A stretch of DNA of 64,000 nucleotides from Eledone cirrhosa (Eukaryota). The stretch is from the NCBI GenBank assembly GCA_964016885.1, contig OZ024742.1:50654001-50718000 (forward strand). The letters run 5' to 3'. Below, in pieces: positions 37,962 to 51,152 of the stretch (position 1 is its first letter; each line of letters starts with the position of its first letter). The position numbers and the translations under genes are program-made. The notes beneath the pieces are model-generated. The model was not told the DNA's origin, did not search any database, and was given only the letters and a program-made list of their open reading frames with translations.

Positions 37962-40900
37962 ACATACATCCATCAGGGCAGTTTCACCTCCTGGTCTGCT
38001 CTCCACTAATCTCTAGGTTGTTTCTTCCACGAACGTGGCTGTGGAGCCGATCCTCGACTTGCAGGTCCGGGGACAGTGGGGCAGGGGAATAGACCGGAGT
38101 CGCTTGAAGCAGCTGTTGATGCCTTTCTCCTCCTTTCACGGGCCTCAATGACCTCTGCCCCTCTCTTCTCTACAAAAGAGTCTTTGGCGCGTCTGGTAAG
38201 GGCTCGCCACTCAGTCCTGTCCTGAGCATGAGACTCGAGTTGTTTGGCGCGATTCCAGTATTGTTAATACTGGACTTCTCGCAGCCTTTGAACCTCTTGA
38301 GAGGCGTTCCCCGCTTTCGTTTCCCCGAACAGAGTTCCCCATACATCAGTTGCTTCGGAAGCCTTTGATCGTCCATCCGGATGACATGTACCACCCATTG
38401 AAGTTGGCTCTTCAGTATCATAGCTTTGACACTGGTTGTCTCAGCCTTGTCAAGAACTTCGATGTTGGAAACCTTGTCCTGCCATTTGATGTTCATGATT
38501 GACCGCAGGCTGTGCATGTGGAACCGTTCCAGCTGCTTCAGGTGCCTTCTGTACAGGGTTCATGTCTCCAATCCGTAGAGGTGGCTGGTGAGAAGAACGG
38601 CCCTCTACACCTTGAGCTTCGTGGACTACCTGATTTTGTGCTGGTTCAGGACGCTTGTTCTCTGGCGGCCAAGGGCTTGAATTGTCTTGCAGATTCTGGC
38701 GTGTATCTCCTTGTCGAGGCCTCCATCGCTGCTGATGAAACTGACGAGGTACTTGAAGTTGTCCATCGTCTTTAGCTGGGTGCCTTCCATGGAGATGGAA
38801 GGATGGTGGGCGACGGAAGCAGGTGCTGGCTGCAACAGGACCTCAGTCTTTCCAAGGTTAATTGTAAGACCGAAGAGGCATCAGGCCTTCGCGAACTTGT
38901 TGACAATGAGTTGGGCCTCTACACCCTGTGGGCCATAAGGGCACAGTCGTCAGCAAAAAATTGCCTCCAGGACGATCCTCTGCATGGTGCTTGTCTTGGC
39001 CGTAAGGCACCGCAGATCAAACAGGGAGCTGTCCAGTCTGTATCGCAGATATACTCCGTGCTCGAGGTCCCTGACGGCATGATTCAGCACGCAGGGGAAG
39101 AACAGGTTGACGAGGACGGGAGCCAGCACGCATCCTTACTTGACGCCGTTGGTGATTCCGAACGGCTCTGATGTCTCTCTGCCCGAGCGCACCTGCCCTG
39201 TCATGTCGTCATGGAATTGCCGTATCAGGTTCACAAACTTTGTCGGGCATCCTAACTTCGACCGGATCGACCAGAGGGCTTCCCGGTTGACAGTGTCGAA
39301 TGCCTTCGTCAAGTCTATGAAGACGGCAAAGAGGTCCATGTTCTGCTCGACACACTTCTCCCGCAGCTGGCGTACAGAGAAGATCATTTCGATCGTGCTG
39401 CGGTTTGGGCAGAACCCACACTGGGCCTCAGGCTGGTTGTCCTCCAAGACGTTGGCAATGAGGCGGTTGAGCATGACCCGAGCCGGAGAGAAATGCTCCG
39501 ATAATTGCCACAGTCAGTTTTGCTACCTTTGTTCTTAAAAAGCGAGACAACTGTGGCATCGCCGAAATCTTTGGGCACTTCTTCTTCCTCCCATATGCTG
39601 ATGAGGAGGGAGTGGAAGTCCCCCACGGCAGCTGCACCGGCTGACTTGAAGATCACCGCAGGAATCTCGTCCTTCCCGCGTCCTTCGTGACTTCATCCAA
39701 TGTGGGGTGGAGGTCGAGGCTGCCGACTACGGGCTTCTGAGGGACATGGTCGAGGGCGGCAGGGTCGACAGTGGAGGGCCTGTTCAGCAGGTTCCTGAAG
39801 TGCTCTCTCCACTTCGAGTTGATGATGCTCTTCTTCTTCAGCAAGGTCGAGCCGTCAGCAGACAGCAGAGGTGTGGTGACAGGCTTGTGGTATCCGTCGA
39901 CGTCCCCGATGGCACTGAAGAACATCGAGTTCTTTGTGTCAGCGTATCTCTCGACTTATTCGGCTTTTTTATCCCATCACTTGTTCTGCATTCAGCGTAG
40001 CACTGCTTGGGTATGCCTCTGGAGGTGCTTGAAGCGCTCGCCCTTCGAGGTGGAGAAGCTGTCATTCTGCCACTCAATGAAAGGCCTCCTCTTCTCGCCC
40101 AGGTGTTGTCTGATGCGCTCATCGTTTTCATCAAACCAGTCCTGGTGAACTCTCTTCCTCGGCCCGATGGTTGCCTTGGCTGACTCTGACACCAGCGACC
40201 TGAAATGGTCGCACTGTTGAGTTGTGGGTCCGGTCAGTGATCCACGGTCAGTCAGTCGACCGTCTAGGTCTTTTAACGAACGCATCACGATGCTCTGGCT
40301 ACTTGAGTCGTGAGACGTCGAAAGCTGACCTACAGCCTTTCGGAGTCTTGCGATGCGTCGGGGTGATGTGCAGTGACAGGATGGTCCTGACAAGGCGATG
40401 GTCGGTCCAACACTCCGCACCACGCATGGCTCTGGTGATTCTGACATCACGGATGACCTGCGACATATGGCAAAGTCAATCAGATGCCATTGTTTGGATA
40501 TGGGGTGCATCCAGTTCGTCTTGAACTTGTCTGCTTGGCGGAACGGTGTGCTGATGATGGTGAGGTCGTTCTCGGCGCAGAAACTCAACAGTATAAGGCC
40601 GTTAGAATTCAGATTCCCTGTGCTGTCAGGTCCCAGCACGCCTCTCCAGTTGCTGCTGTCAGACCCGATTCTTGCGATGAAGTCCATCAGTAGGATGCGT
40701 TTATCGCTTGGGGGGACGCCCTTTACGAGTGCGTTGAGATCCCCGTAGAAAGCGTCCTTTGTTTCATCGCTGCTGGGGTGTACGCGCTGATGACTGTGAT
40801 ATGCCGAGATGCGTCGAGGAGGAAGCGGAGCTTCATCAGCCGCTCACTCACATGTGTTGGGAGGACTGGTAGCTGCTTGCAGAGTTAAGTCCTGATGGCC

Positions 40901-41945
40901 AGGCCTATCCCGTAGATTCTGTCCTCGTCCTTTGCATTGCCTTTCCAGAAGAAAGTGTAGCCTCCTTTCAGTTCTTCTACTGATCTTTCTTCGGCGAGTC
41001 TAGTCTCACTGAGGGCGGCTATGTCGATCCGGTAGCGAGCTAATTCCCTTGCAATGAGGGCAGTTTTTATCTCTGGCCTCAAGGAGGTTTCCCTATCCAT
41101 GAGGGTGCGCACATTCCATGCGCCATGAATCAAGTTATTTCTATTATGTTGGCTTCGACTTCTTGCAAGGGTAAAATCGCCAGCCACGGTAGACTGGCCG
41201 GTTTTGTGTGGGAAGAGCACATGGTTAGGGCACTTTTTATCGAACCTCCCCTCGTGCGAGGGTGAGCATTTCTCCCCTGAAAAGGGCTGTTCAGTCGCCC
41301 GGTGGAGTGCCTTATCTCCTCTGTCATCCCAGAGTCAGGAGGAGAACGACTTGCGTATCCAGGCCGCCGACGTGTGGGTTTGAAAATGGCAACTCCCAGA
41401 GGTTACCTCTACCAGTTACCTCCTCCTATCACCCATCGCCGCAGGGCTATGGGAGTGCACGCTAAGAAGAAACCTGTGTGTGAAAGGTTTATAGTGGGAC
41501 GGCCTGTGCACAGTGACGGTCCCACTCACTCGGCCGCAGAAACCAGAATGCGGTGGTACGGAGGACCGTCACGACCAGGGAGTTCCTTGGCTGCAGTGGA
41601 TGGCCACGACGTCTGTAGTGGCTTATCCGTGCCTTAGCGCTCCACACCGCTTGCTGTCGCCGCCTTCGTGACTGTTGGGATGATGTTGTCCAACTCAACT
41701 CACTCCGCCAGGTCCAGCCTTTGCATGCAGGGGCAGGCATCCCCTATCTAACCCGTCCGTCTACCCTCAACCAGGTTCGGCCCGCCTGCCAAGGCGGTTT
41801 ACCAGGGTGTGACCGCTGTCACATGCTACAGCTTCTTGGGGCCACAAGTGAGAGCTGAGTGTCAGATGGGACCCAATGCTGGACGAGCTGTCCTGAAAAG
41901 GCACGGCTAGAGACAGAGGTACATGCCCCTCTCTAACACCCCAGC
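37962..41945 (-). mobile_element. RTE-clade (BovB-like) LINE, near full length, decayed APE-RT ORF (about 38000-41170) and about 0.8-kb 5' UTR
   Basis: GAWNVRTL..DIAALSETRL..GYTFFWKG, WHLIDF, CGNYRSISL, EAQCGF, FIDLTKAFD, FADDCAL, QLQWVVHVIRMDDQRLPKQLMYGEL. GC-rich against the background. Confidence 0.92.
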
Positions 41946-42029
41946 GATATACACACGTATATACATACAGATAAATATGTACATGTAAATGTGTAAATTT
42001 GTATATACATGTGTATATACATATTTACA

Positions 42030-42230
42030 CGTTTTTAGAAGGGCGCTGACTCTTATCAGTTCTTCCGCCCTTTGTCAGGTTTTCTTTTTTGTCCTGCAGG
42101 GTGTAGAAAATCCCCCCCCCCCCTCACCAAGTAAACTTGGTGGGGTTGCCAATTTAGTCGCCGAAGACCCGACCATGCGGCAGGTTGTACTGGTTTACAT
42201 GTTACCAGTAGCACACAAGAGTGACCTGAA
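42030..42230 (-). mobile_element. Probable 5'-UTR fragment of another RTE-type element
   Basis: GC-rich structured stretch (GGTCTTCGGCGACTAAATTGGCAACCCCACC on the minus strand). Resemblance only. Confidence 0.35.
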
Positions 42231-42234
42231 ACTC

Positions 42235-43324
42235 TCTCTATTTCTATATTATATAACCTACTGACTCCCCTTACTCGACTTCACCTCCTTCTATCCAACC
42301 AACACCAAACTCTCCAAAACCTACTCACAATGCCTCCGTCTCAGTCAGCTCTGTAGCGAAGACCACGATTTTGAAACCCATTCCCTTCACATGGCCTGCC
42401 GCTTCATCCAGGTAGGATACCCCACACCTTGATCCAAGCTGCTTCCACCCGCGCATGAAACCGACTGTACCATAGCCTTCTCAACTCACCAGCGCCCTCC
42501 AGACATCCGCCACCCGTCATTCCCACCTACCACCGCATCACCCTATCTCTTCGGCGTTATAAGCTCCGTTCTTCTGCTCCAACTCTTCTGACCACGTCAC
42601 TTCTCACTTTTTTCCTAACCCACCTATCACCGCATTTAAGCGCACACGTAATTTCCGCGACCCCCTGGACGGAGTTCCTTCTCGTCCTCTCCCACGAATC
42701 AACCCGGCTCTCATCCTTGTTCTCATGCCTGCTGTAACGAATGCCCTTTCATTTAAAACCGACCTACTCTCACGGGCACCAACGGGTCATTCCGTATCAG
42801 CCACTCCTTCACATGCACCACTAAACATGTTGTCTTTACCCCTCATTGTTCCATTTACAGGTCCTTAGGCATTGGGCAATGGGACGCCGTTTGACGGACC
42901 GTTTTGCTGAATATTTGAGGGACATACGACTCGGTATGGATACTCCCGTCACCCATCATGTCCGTTCCCCAGGTCACTCTTCCCTACATGTTTGAGTCTT
43001 TGGTGTCGTTTTACATAACGGATCACAGGCCTCGCGCACAAGGACTGGACAGTGTCTGATTTGACGCCTTGGTCCTGTTTCCCTCAGGCACTCAATTCCC
43101 CTTCCCAGCATCTTTAGTATTTATTTTATGTTTATGCTTCGCTACTCTTTCTTTTCCCCCATCACTTTTACGCCATCCGTTGTCACACAGTCGCTTGTAC
43201 ATACACCACTAGATTTCTATGGTTCTCTTGTGGTTAGAAACTTATAATCTTAAAGCTGATACAGACCAACAAATTACGCACACACACGTTTACTTTTCCC
43301 TTGACAGCTCTGTATATACACACA

Positions 43325-43409
<85 letters not shown>

Positions 43410-43920
43410 ACTCGCACACGCACACTTCCTTATATTAATATTTTTTTGCTCACAGCTTCGTACGCACAAGAACACGCGTAAGCTTTTACTTACGTTTACA
43501 CAGACATATCCTCGGAGGTATAACAACACACACACACGCACACAAAAACAGACACACGTATATACGCACGCGCAGAAGTATAACTCTATAAACACAACGT
43601 TTTTTTTCCATTTCAGGTAGACGCACTCCATCATCCACTTTTCTAAAAAAAGGATATCATACACAAAACACCAGTATCAACAGTTTTCCAAGAGATGGCA
43701 ACATGAATTGACTTGTTATTTTTCCCTAAAAACATATTTCGGTTCCGCCCTGCCCTTCCTTTCGATCTTTCTTATTTCTCATACTTTCTTCTGATGAAGG
43801 ACTAGCGTCAGAAACGTTAGGACCCTCTTCCTTATATTTCAAGCATTAAACTAATATATTCCTTCCATACTGTAACGATTGTGTAGTTATTTCTGTTTAC
43901 CGTTTACATACATGCGCATA
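42235..43920 (+). mobile_element. Decayed Neptune-type PLE 3' fragment (thumb plus GIY-YIG) with microsatellite-rich 3' region and HHR
   Basis: YSQCLRLSQLCSEDHDF, TAFKRTRNFRD, FTCTTKHVV, DRFAEYLRDIR across frameshifts. HHR at 43787-43822. Confidence 0.7.
43787..43822 (+). ncRNA. Minimal type I hammerhead ribozyme motif
   Basis: TCTT-CTGATGA-A-GGAC TAGC GTCA-GAAACG-TT-AGGA, with palindromic AACGTT. Related degenerate copy at about 51911-51946. Confidence 0.7.
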
Positions 43921-43945
43921 TACACACACATTATATAATATATAA

Positions 43946-44171
43946 TGAGTTCAAATCCCGCCGAGGTTGACTTTGCCTTTCATCCTTACGGGGTCGATAA
44001 AATAAAGTACCAGTGAGGCACTGGGTAGTTGCTGGCCTTGTGCCTAAAGTAGAAACAATTATATAATATATATATATATAATTGTTTTACTTTTGGCACA
44101 AGGCAAGCGATTATCCCAGTGTATTACTGGTACTTTATATTATCGACCCTGTAAGGATGAAAGGCAAAGTT
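43946..44171. mobile_element. Two 5'-truncated SINE copies arranged tail to tail (43946-44060 plus, 44081-44171 minus)
   Basis: Both match the 27551 SINE 3' half and are separated by a short TA-rich tract. Confidence 0.8.
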
Positions 44172-44176
44172 ATATA

Positions 44177-44207
<31 letters not shown>

Positions 44208-44255
44208 TATGAAAGTAAAACAAAGAAGCCTTCAATACATCAAAAGTCTTTATTA

Positions 44256-44293
44256 GCCAACAATGTTTCGTCCTATTAAGGACTCATCAGGGC
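44256..44293 (-). ncRNA. Canonical minimal type I hammerhead ribozyme (3' pLTR)
   Basis: Minus strand GCC-CTGATGA-GTCC TTAATA GGAC-GAAA-C ATT G-TT-GGC. Confidence 0.85.
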
Positions 44294-46129
44294 AATTAAA
44301 ACAACAAGAAGTATTATCGGCCAATACAAGCCGAAAACTCCGAAGAATATGGAGTGTACATACACTAACGTATTGCAAGATTATGGGTAAATATATATAA
44401 TAAAAATCACTAAGGAGGTGTATAACATTTAGAACCATATTACAAATATAGTCCAAAAACCAAAAAAAAAACAAAAAAAAACCCTAGAGCTAAACAAAGG
44501 TGGTTAGGTTATATAGAGCGGGAATTATATATAATACTATATAATATAATATAATATACTTGTAACAATATTAAAATTACAATAAAAATTAAAAGGTACA
44601 ATATACATATGTATATATGTACGTACACGTACGCACATATACACATACATCAATACACATATCCATCTTTAACAGCACAAATTAAACCTTATTAAGAGTT
44701 TAAATATAAATAAGCATGATAGGAATAAAAATAATAATAATAATAATAATACGTATATCTAATATACATGAGGTAATAATATGATATGATTATAAGTAGC
44801 ACATATAATATATAATAAACTATACAATTATATACCATATAATATAATATAATAGATAATCTCCGGTTAATTTACACAAACAATATAGATGTCACAATAA
44901 TACTATAATAATAATATAATAACATATATAATATATAATATAATATATAATGGCATGCAAGTTAACAAATCAATTCATATAGAATTACAGAGTAGGTGAG
45001 AAAAAATATAAATTGTACAATACCCAAAATTATGATGGTACACAAATATAAACATCTTACATGATATATAAAATTTAACATATCATAATGATACATATAA
45101 ACAACGGTAAGTAATAAGGATCGATAGTACAATAACAAATACAATATAAAATAATTAACATAATATAATATATAATTACTTATAATTACAAGGTTGGTAA
45201 ACAGACATATATGTGGATGAGTGAGTAAGGGCCAGACAGTAAATAGAATGCACAGTAGTATTAATAAATAAATAAATAAATAAATAAATAGAATCAACCG
45301 GAAATTAAAAAAACAAAAACAAAAGTATATACTTAGGTCTCACATGCAGTTAAGTAAAAACTTAGGAAACAACCCTGGTAAATGACTCGAAAACCCTATT
45401 TGATAAATTAATATTAAACATATTTAAAATATCTAATAAGGCAATACAATAGTAGCTATGGTTTAAGTAATCAAAATTTATAAACGTTAATATTTCACTA
45501 CAAATATATATATAAAGGGATGAAATTTTCTACTATCATTTACATAACGATATCTAAAAAACTGACTTAAGCAGAATTATGGTAGGCTAATAGGGACAGA
45601 AAAAAAGAAATGTATGAAGGATACAAAGGAGCATAACATTATAGTCAATATAATATATTAAATAATTGAAAGGAGCATAAAAGAGGGGGGGATTAAATAT
45701 AATCATATTCTATTTGAAGGGGTTGACAATAAGTTTATGTGCGCATGGGGGGAGGGGGGAAAGTGTGGGAGGGGGGGTTATCCAATGAAGAATCCAAATA
45801 AAATAAAATAAAATAAAATGAAATAAAATAAAATAATGTAAAATATATAATCAGATATATACTCATAGGGTGTTATTAGTGAAAATTTAATGCGTAAGAA
45901 GATAGATATGGTATAGTAGCCAAAAGATTATGAGAGCTAGAATAAAGAGTTGTCAAATACCAATGATAATAATGATGATAATAATGGGGGTAAACAAAAA
46001 GAACCTAAACTAAAAAATAAGTAATGGAATATATCAGCTAATGGATACAATTTACACTACTAGAACATTTAGGTTTATAATAAAAGTAAAAATTAGAAAT
46101 AGCGTGGGGGCAAGAAGAGAATATCTCAG

Positions 46130-48712
46130 ACTTTCTATTAAGTAAGGATTCGCTAGAGAAAATTATAGAGTGTCTCGAGGATACAGAGATTACAAAATTT
46201 AGTATGTGTAGAAAGGTTATTAGAGCGTGCTACTAAACGCCAATTAAGGCTATATGGTATATTAGCCCCCCTTAAGATCCCAGATATAGTGTGCTAAAGA
46301 AGTAGAATTCTTAAACTTAACATGTTTGAAATTAGAGATATGAGAATTAAACCTAGTCTTAAAAGTGTTAGATGTAGAGCCTATATAACTTCTATTAGAG
46401 GAATTAGTTATAACTATGCAAGCATAGACGATGTTCTTAGAGAGGCAGTTACCGTTTAAAGGTCAGTTAGCACTCACTCTACAGTTACACTTCCGGGTGC
46501 TATAGGTTGGCTGAAGTAGTGATGCATTACACGTAGAATTGCTATTAGATAAGGTCTGTTCTGGTGGTAAGGCATTTCCAGAACTGTTCAGACTAGTAGT
46601 ATGTAGAGAGGAGAATCCATCCCTAATTTTCCTATTGTTAGGGCTAGCTAAATGAGAACTAACATTAGGGGTGGTAGAGAATGAAAGTTTAATAACATTT
46701 TTATTAAAAATACTATTGTATTTATGAGAAGGGGGGAAATGTTTCTCTAACATAAAAAGAAAGACCTAGGGATATTAGTTAATACTTCCTGATTATATGG
46801 CGGGTTAAAATAAGTATTTAGTCTCCTTCTATTTTTATCCTTACCGACTCTACCATTATCTAATATCCCACTATCAAGACTAGGGTTACTACAATGATTA
46901 ATTAAAACCGCATTTTTAGAATCAGCCAAAATTCTATTAAGTCTCTTACTGTTTCCACCTCCAGTAGATCTGCTGTCGTCTGGAATCCCATCAAAAGGAT
47001 TAGGGCCAATAATAGGATCAGTAGAAGCAACATTATTAGAATTATATCTAGCAAAATTATCACCAATGAGTGAGCGCTCAGAGGGTTCGACTTGTTTCCT
47101 GGAGGTATTATATTCCCTATTACGAGTCCCGTGGGTTAACTTATGGATGGGTTCAGATACACGTATGTAATTTTTACGGTTATTATGCTTCCTACTCCCA
47201 TTCATGGCCATGTTATGTGATATTATGTTATTATTATTATAAGTAAGCGGAGACTTTCTAAGGTTACTATTATTATAATGTATTTTACTAGATTAACCGG
47301 AATTTGCTAGGGCATTATTATAGTACTCCGCATGTTCATTAAATGTTCCTACGTCCTTAGAGAGTGTGGAAATCCTATTAGATACACCCTTAATTATAGA
47401 GCTTATCATAGACTTGGGGTGGTTAGAATTGGGACTGACATAAGAAAGTATTTCATTGGGCTTATGGAAGGGTTTAAAACTATTAGTGACCAAGTCCAAA
47501 GTCACATCTAAAAAGTTGACCGCTCTATCGTTTCTATCTATCGTGATCGAAGGGTTATAGCTTTTAAAAAACTTATAAAGCTTCTTCTCATTATGCTCGA
47601 CATTGTTGGTGCTAGAGTTAATTACAAACAATGCATCATCACGATATAGTCCGCCTTTAAGGTGCGGAAAGGTAACATATAGTTCATGTAGGAGGAACAA
47701 CCCAACAAGATCAGTTACCTGGGCCGAATCACTCGAACCCATTGTAACGTCGAAATTGTTGGGCGTGTTTTACGGGTCCAAATGTGTCCTCAAAATTAAT
47801 AATAGTTCTACGGGCTGCTAGTATAATATCTACCTGTGATCGTGTAAGGCTGGACACTCTCATAGCCAACATTAAAGCTTTATTGAGGAGGATGGGTGAA
47901 ATCGATGTATAGTAGGCTTCAATATCGAATTGGATAAACTTATTAAATTCAAGTTTATTAATCCCAGTGAACCAATCTATAACTTCCTTAGTGTTCCCCC
48001 ATAGGTTAAAATTAACTTTATCCCTAACATCTGGTATAATAAGGTCAAGGATTTTTTTACTGATTATGGCTATATCGGACTTAGAAGGACAGATGAGTCT
48101 AACAGAGGGGTTACTAATGAAATCTACCTTATGATCCTTAAGAGTGAATCTCGGTTCTCGAGGGCAATATGGCTGGGTATACTTATCGAGGAGACTATTT
48201 TAAGACCCTCACTATAGATGTGGTTCAAATTATCAAGCGTAGTTTTTTTCTAATTTCTATGTAGCTCGTTATAAATAAAGTCACGGTAAGCACTGTAATC
48301 CATGGAGTATAGATTCTTAGTCTTATCCGCCGTGACAAGAATGGACTTATTCTCACCAAAACCCTTAACAATATTTTAAAGTCTAGACCGGAACTTATCA
48401 AATTTATTATAATTTCTATGTCTATTATTTGGCCTATACTTAATATTTTTGACTAGAGAGAGTAAGTCATTTTCAAAACTATCTAATAGAACGTTATGTG
48501 GTGGGCTCTTATAAGTTTTGAAGTCATAGTTATTGAAATGTGTTCTATTCCTGGGGTCCTTCCTATTCTTATTAGTATCATAGTGGAAAGCACGCCATCT
48601 AATCCTTTTTACAAAGGAGTTAACACTAGCAATCAATAGTTTTTCGTAAGTATTCTTAGAGGGGGGGGGGGTATTCTTCTGAGATAAAGGCAGGTAACTC
48701 TTTGTTAGCATA
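46130..48712 (-). pseudogene. PLE RT-GIY-YIG ORF with stops and frameshifts
   Basis: KNTPPP..KRIRWRAF, ADKTKNLY, TLKDHK, QFDIEAYYTSI, FDVTMGSSDSAQ, GGLYRDD, NFLDVTL, YFNPPY, CNCRVSAN*PLNGNC, VYIGSTSNTFKTRF. Confidence 0.9.
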
Positions 48713-48936
48713 CTGTCAGATATATATATATAAAGGCCAACATACCAGTATATAGGAGGAAGCTCAACCAATCGGGAGCAGTGACAAGGATTAAAATACT
48801 GGAGCGTGTTGGAGTTAAACACAGTCTTCGTATTATAGAAATGACAGTAAAAGGTATAGCTCAATGTAATTAAACAGAGCCGAAGAATTATGAATGTAAA
48901 ACAAAGAAGCCTTCAATACATCAAAAGTCTTTATTA

Positions 48937-48974
48937 GCCAACAATATTTCGTCCTATTAAGGACTCATCAGGGC
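48937..48974 (-). ncRNA. Canonical minimal type I hammerhead ribozyme (5' pLTR)
   Basis: Same as 44256-44293 with one change (GAAA-T ATT G). Confidence 0.85.
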
Positions 48975-49126
48975 AATTAAAACAACAGGGAGTATTATCG
49001 GCCAATACAAGCCGAAAACTCCGAAGAATATGGAGTGTACATACACTAAAGTATTGCAAGATTATGGGTAAAAATATATAATAAAATCACTATGTCTGTA
49101 TACATATATGTATGTACGTATACATA

Positions 49127-49180
<54 letters not shown>

Positions 49181-49185
<5 letters not shown>

Positions 49186-49484
49186 TACACAATAATCAAA
49201 GCTATGGTCAAATCATTTTATTGCTGAGAACCGTTTCTTCCAAACTTTTGTTTGGAATCGTCGGAGCACTAGCAATATGTGTATATATAATTAACCTCCC
49301 ATTCAACTCAACAATCATATAGATACATGGATATTAATATTGTCAAGAACAGTTTCGTTGATTAGGAGGTTAATTTTATGTACAAACATTGCTAGTGCTC
49401 CGATGATTCAAACGAAAGTTTGGAAGAAACGATTGTCAGCAATAAAATGATTTGAACATAGCTTTGATTATTGTATAATTTATA
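49181..49484. mobile_element. Inverted-repeat element with two outward HHR variants (CCGA core)
   Basis: About 118-bp arms. 49396-49441 (+) TGCT-CCGATGA-TTCAAAC GAAA GTTTGGAA-GAAA-CGATTG-TC-AGCA. Mirror copy at 49222-49268 (-). Confidence 0.8.
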
Positions 49485-49647
49485 TTCTTGCTCTGTAAAA
49501 CATATCATGTATTTACATTGAGGTATTTTTCTTACTGGTAATAAGGTAGTAATGAATTACTGTCCTTTCCTGTTTATAGTTTTATAAAGTGTATACATAA
49601 CTATAAATACTTTTATTATTATTACACACACACACACACACATACGC

Positions 49648-49726
<79 letters not shown>

Positions 49727-51066
49727 CATACATATTTATATATATATAAGGTTTTTTTATAACATATCTTTTTAACTATTACGCATTCAAATATCTGTAA
49801 CACCCATTTATTCTCTATTTTAATAACTGTTTTCGTTCCAAATAAATGACTATCTACACTTTTGCTTGCTTTTGAAGACAGGAAAACAAATAGTTATTTA
49901 AAATATAAAAGATAAAAATAAACAGTTTATCTGATCACTATTGAATAATATTTTTTTCATATATCTGATCTATATATTTATGGCTATTCCATTTTTTTAC
50001 CTCTGTGTGATCTGACTTTTGATTATAATATAGCTTATTATTTCCTTTCATCACTAGTGACTAAATGTTACCTCTTAAATACCCCAATGAAGTTGACTGT
50101 TAATAATCGCCATAAACACTATGGATGTTTGTTTCTTTTGAATGTTTACTATGAATGAAACGTATACCTTGATTATTATGTAAAATGTACAATATACAAA
50201 AACAAAGCATCGTTTCAAATCCTTACTATAGTGGATTTACTCTTTGAATCACCCCATCCCGTTTAGACTGGCAGCAAATGAAAGGAAACCACTTTCATGA
50301 GATTATCTGTGTAGCTGCGAAAGCGTGTCACTAGATCTGGCTGAAATAGATGAATGATGCGCTTGACACATTGTGGTTTATGGGGACGTCTCACTAGGTG
50401 TCAAGTCCATCAGTGGGTGGCCCCAAATAATTTTGGTGACGCGGTGGAATGGGTTTGAAACACCTACAGTGTTATTTTACTGCCTGATGATGTACCGACT
50501 TGTGCAATCACTGATGAAGCAGTGCAGTACTCTTGGCACATAATTGTGTTTACCAAGCATAAATAAATATAAATATGCACGCGAAAATATGTGTATGTTT
50601 GCGTGACGCTGTATAGATATTCTAGTGTTTAGGTGCTTTTCCTGAAACACAGATCAATATAACAAATTATAGGTGAAACTGTGCCTCTTATGTATGCCTA
50701 CTTTTCAGGTATAAAACATCCCACATAAACATCAGGAACGAGGATCATTTTGGTACTTGAATGATTTATAATCGTGTTATTATATGAGTTGTTTGAAAGA
50801 AACTTAGATTTTGGGATCATGGTTGGGTTTAATTTCCTTGGGATTGTCATTATTTCTTATTCAGAAAAAAATATAAAAACCTATATATATATATACACAC
50901 ACACACGCACGCACAGATAGGTATTATTCCACGGTCGGGATTTTACCTCTCGTTATACTCACTCAACAACACCCATGCATCTAGTAGTCTCATGATTAAA
51001 GGTCTCTTCGGTCACAGCACCACATACTCTCTATCTCCCTCTCGCACTCTCTCTCTCTCTCCGCCT

Positions 51067-51152
<86 letters not shown>

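Larger units (their letters stand above)
44205..49092 (-). mobile_element. Full-length Penelope-like element (PLE-3) with direct pLTRs (44205-44411 and 48888-49092)
   Basis: About 205-bp near-identical direct repeats, each with a canonical HHR. Decayed RT-EN ORF. About 1.7-kb AT-rich 3' region. (TA)n flanks. Confidence 0.92.

Noticed and set aside
48714-48748. GTATGT...GACAG just upstream of the PLE-3 ATG as a retained 5' intron
   Set aside because: About 33 nt is very short for a metazoan intron and partly TA repeat. There is no transcript evidence.
50340-50530. ATGATG and CTGATGA motifs as a C/D snoRNA or hammerhead
   Set aside because: No terminal stem, rRNA guide or GAAA partner can be identified.
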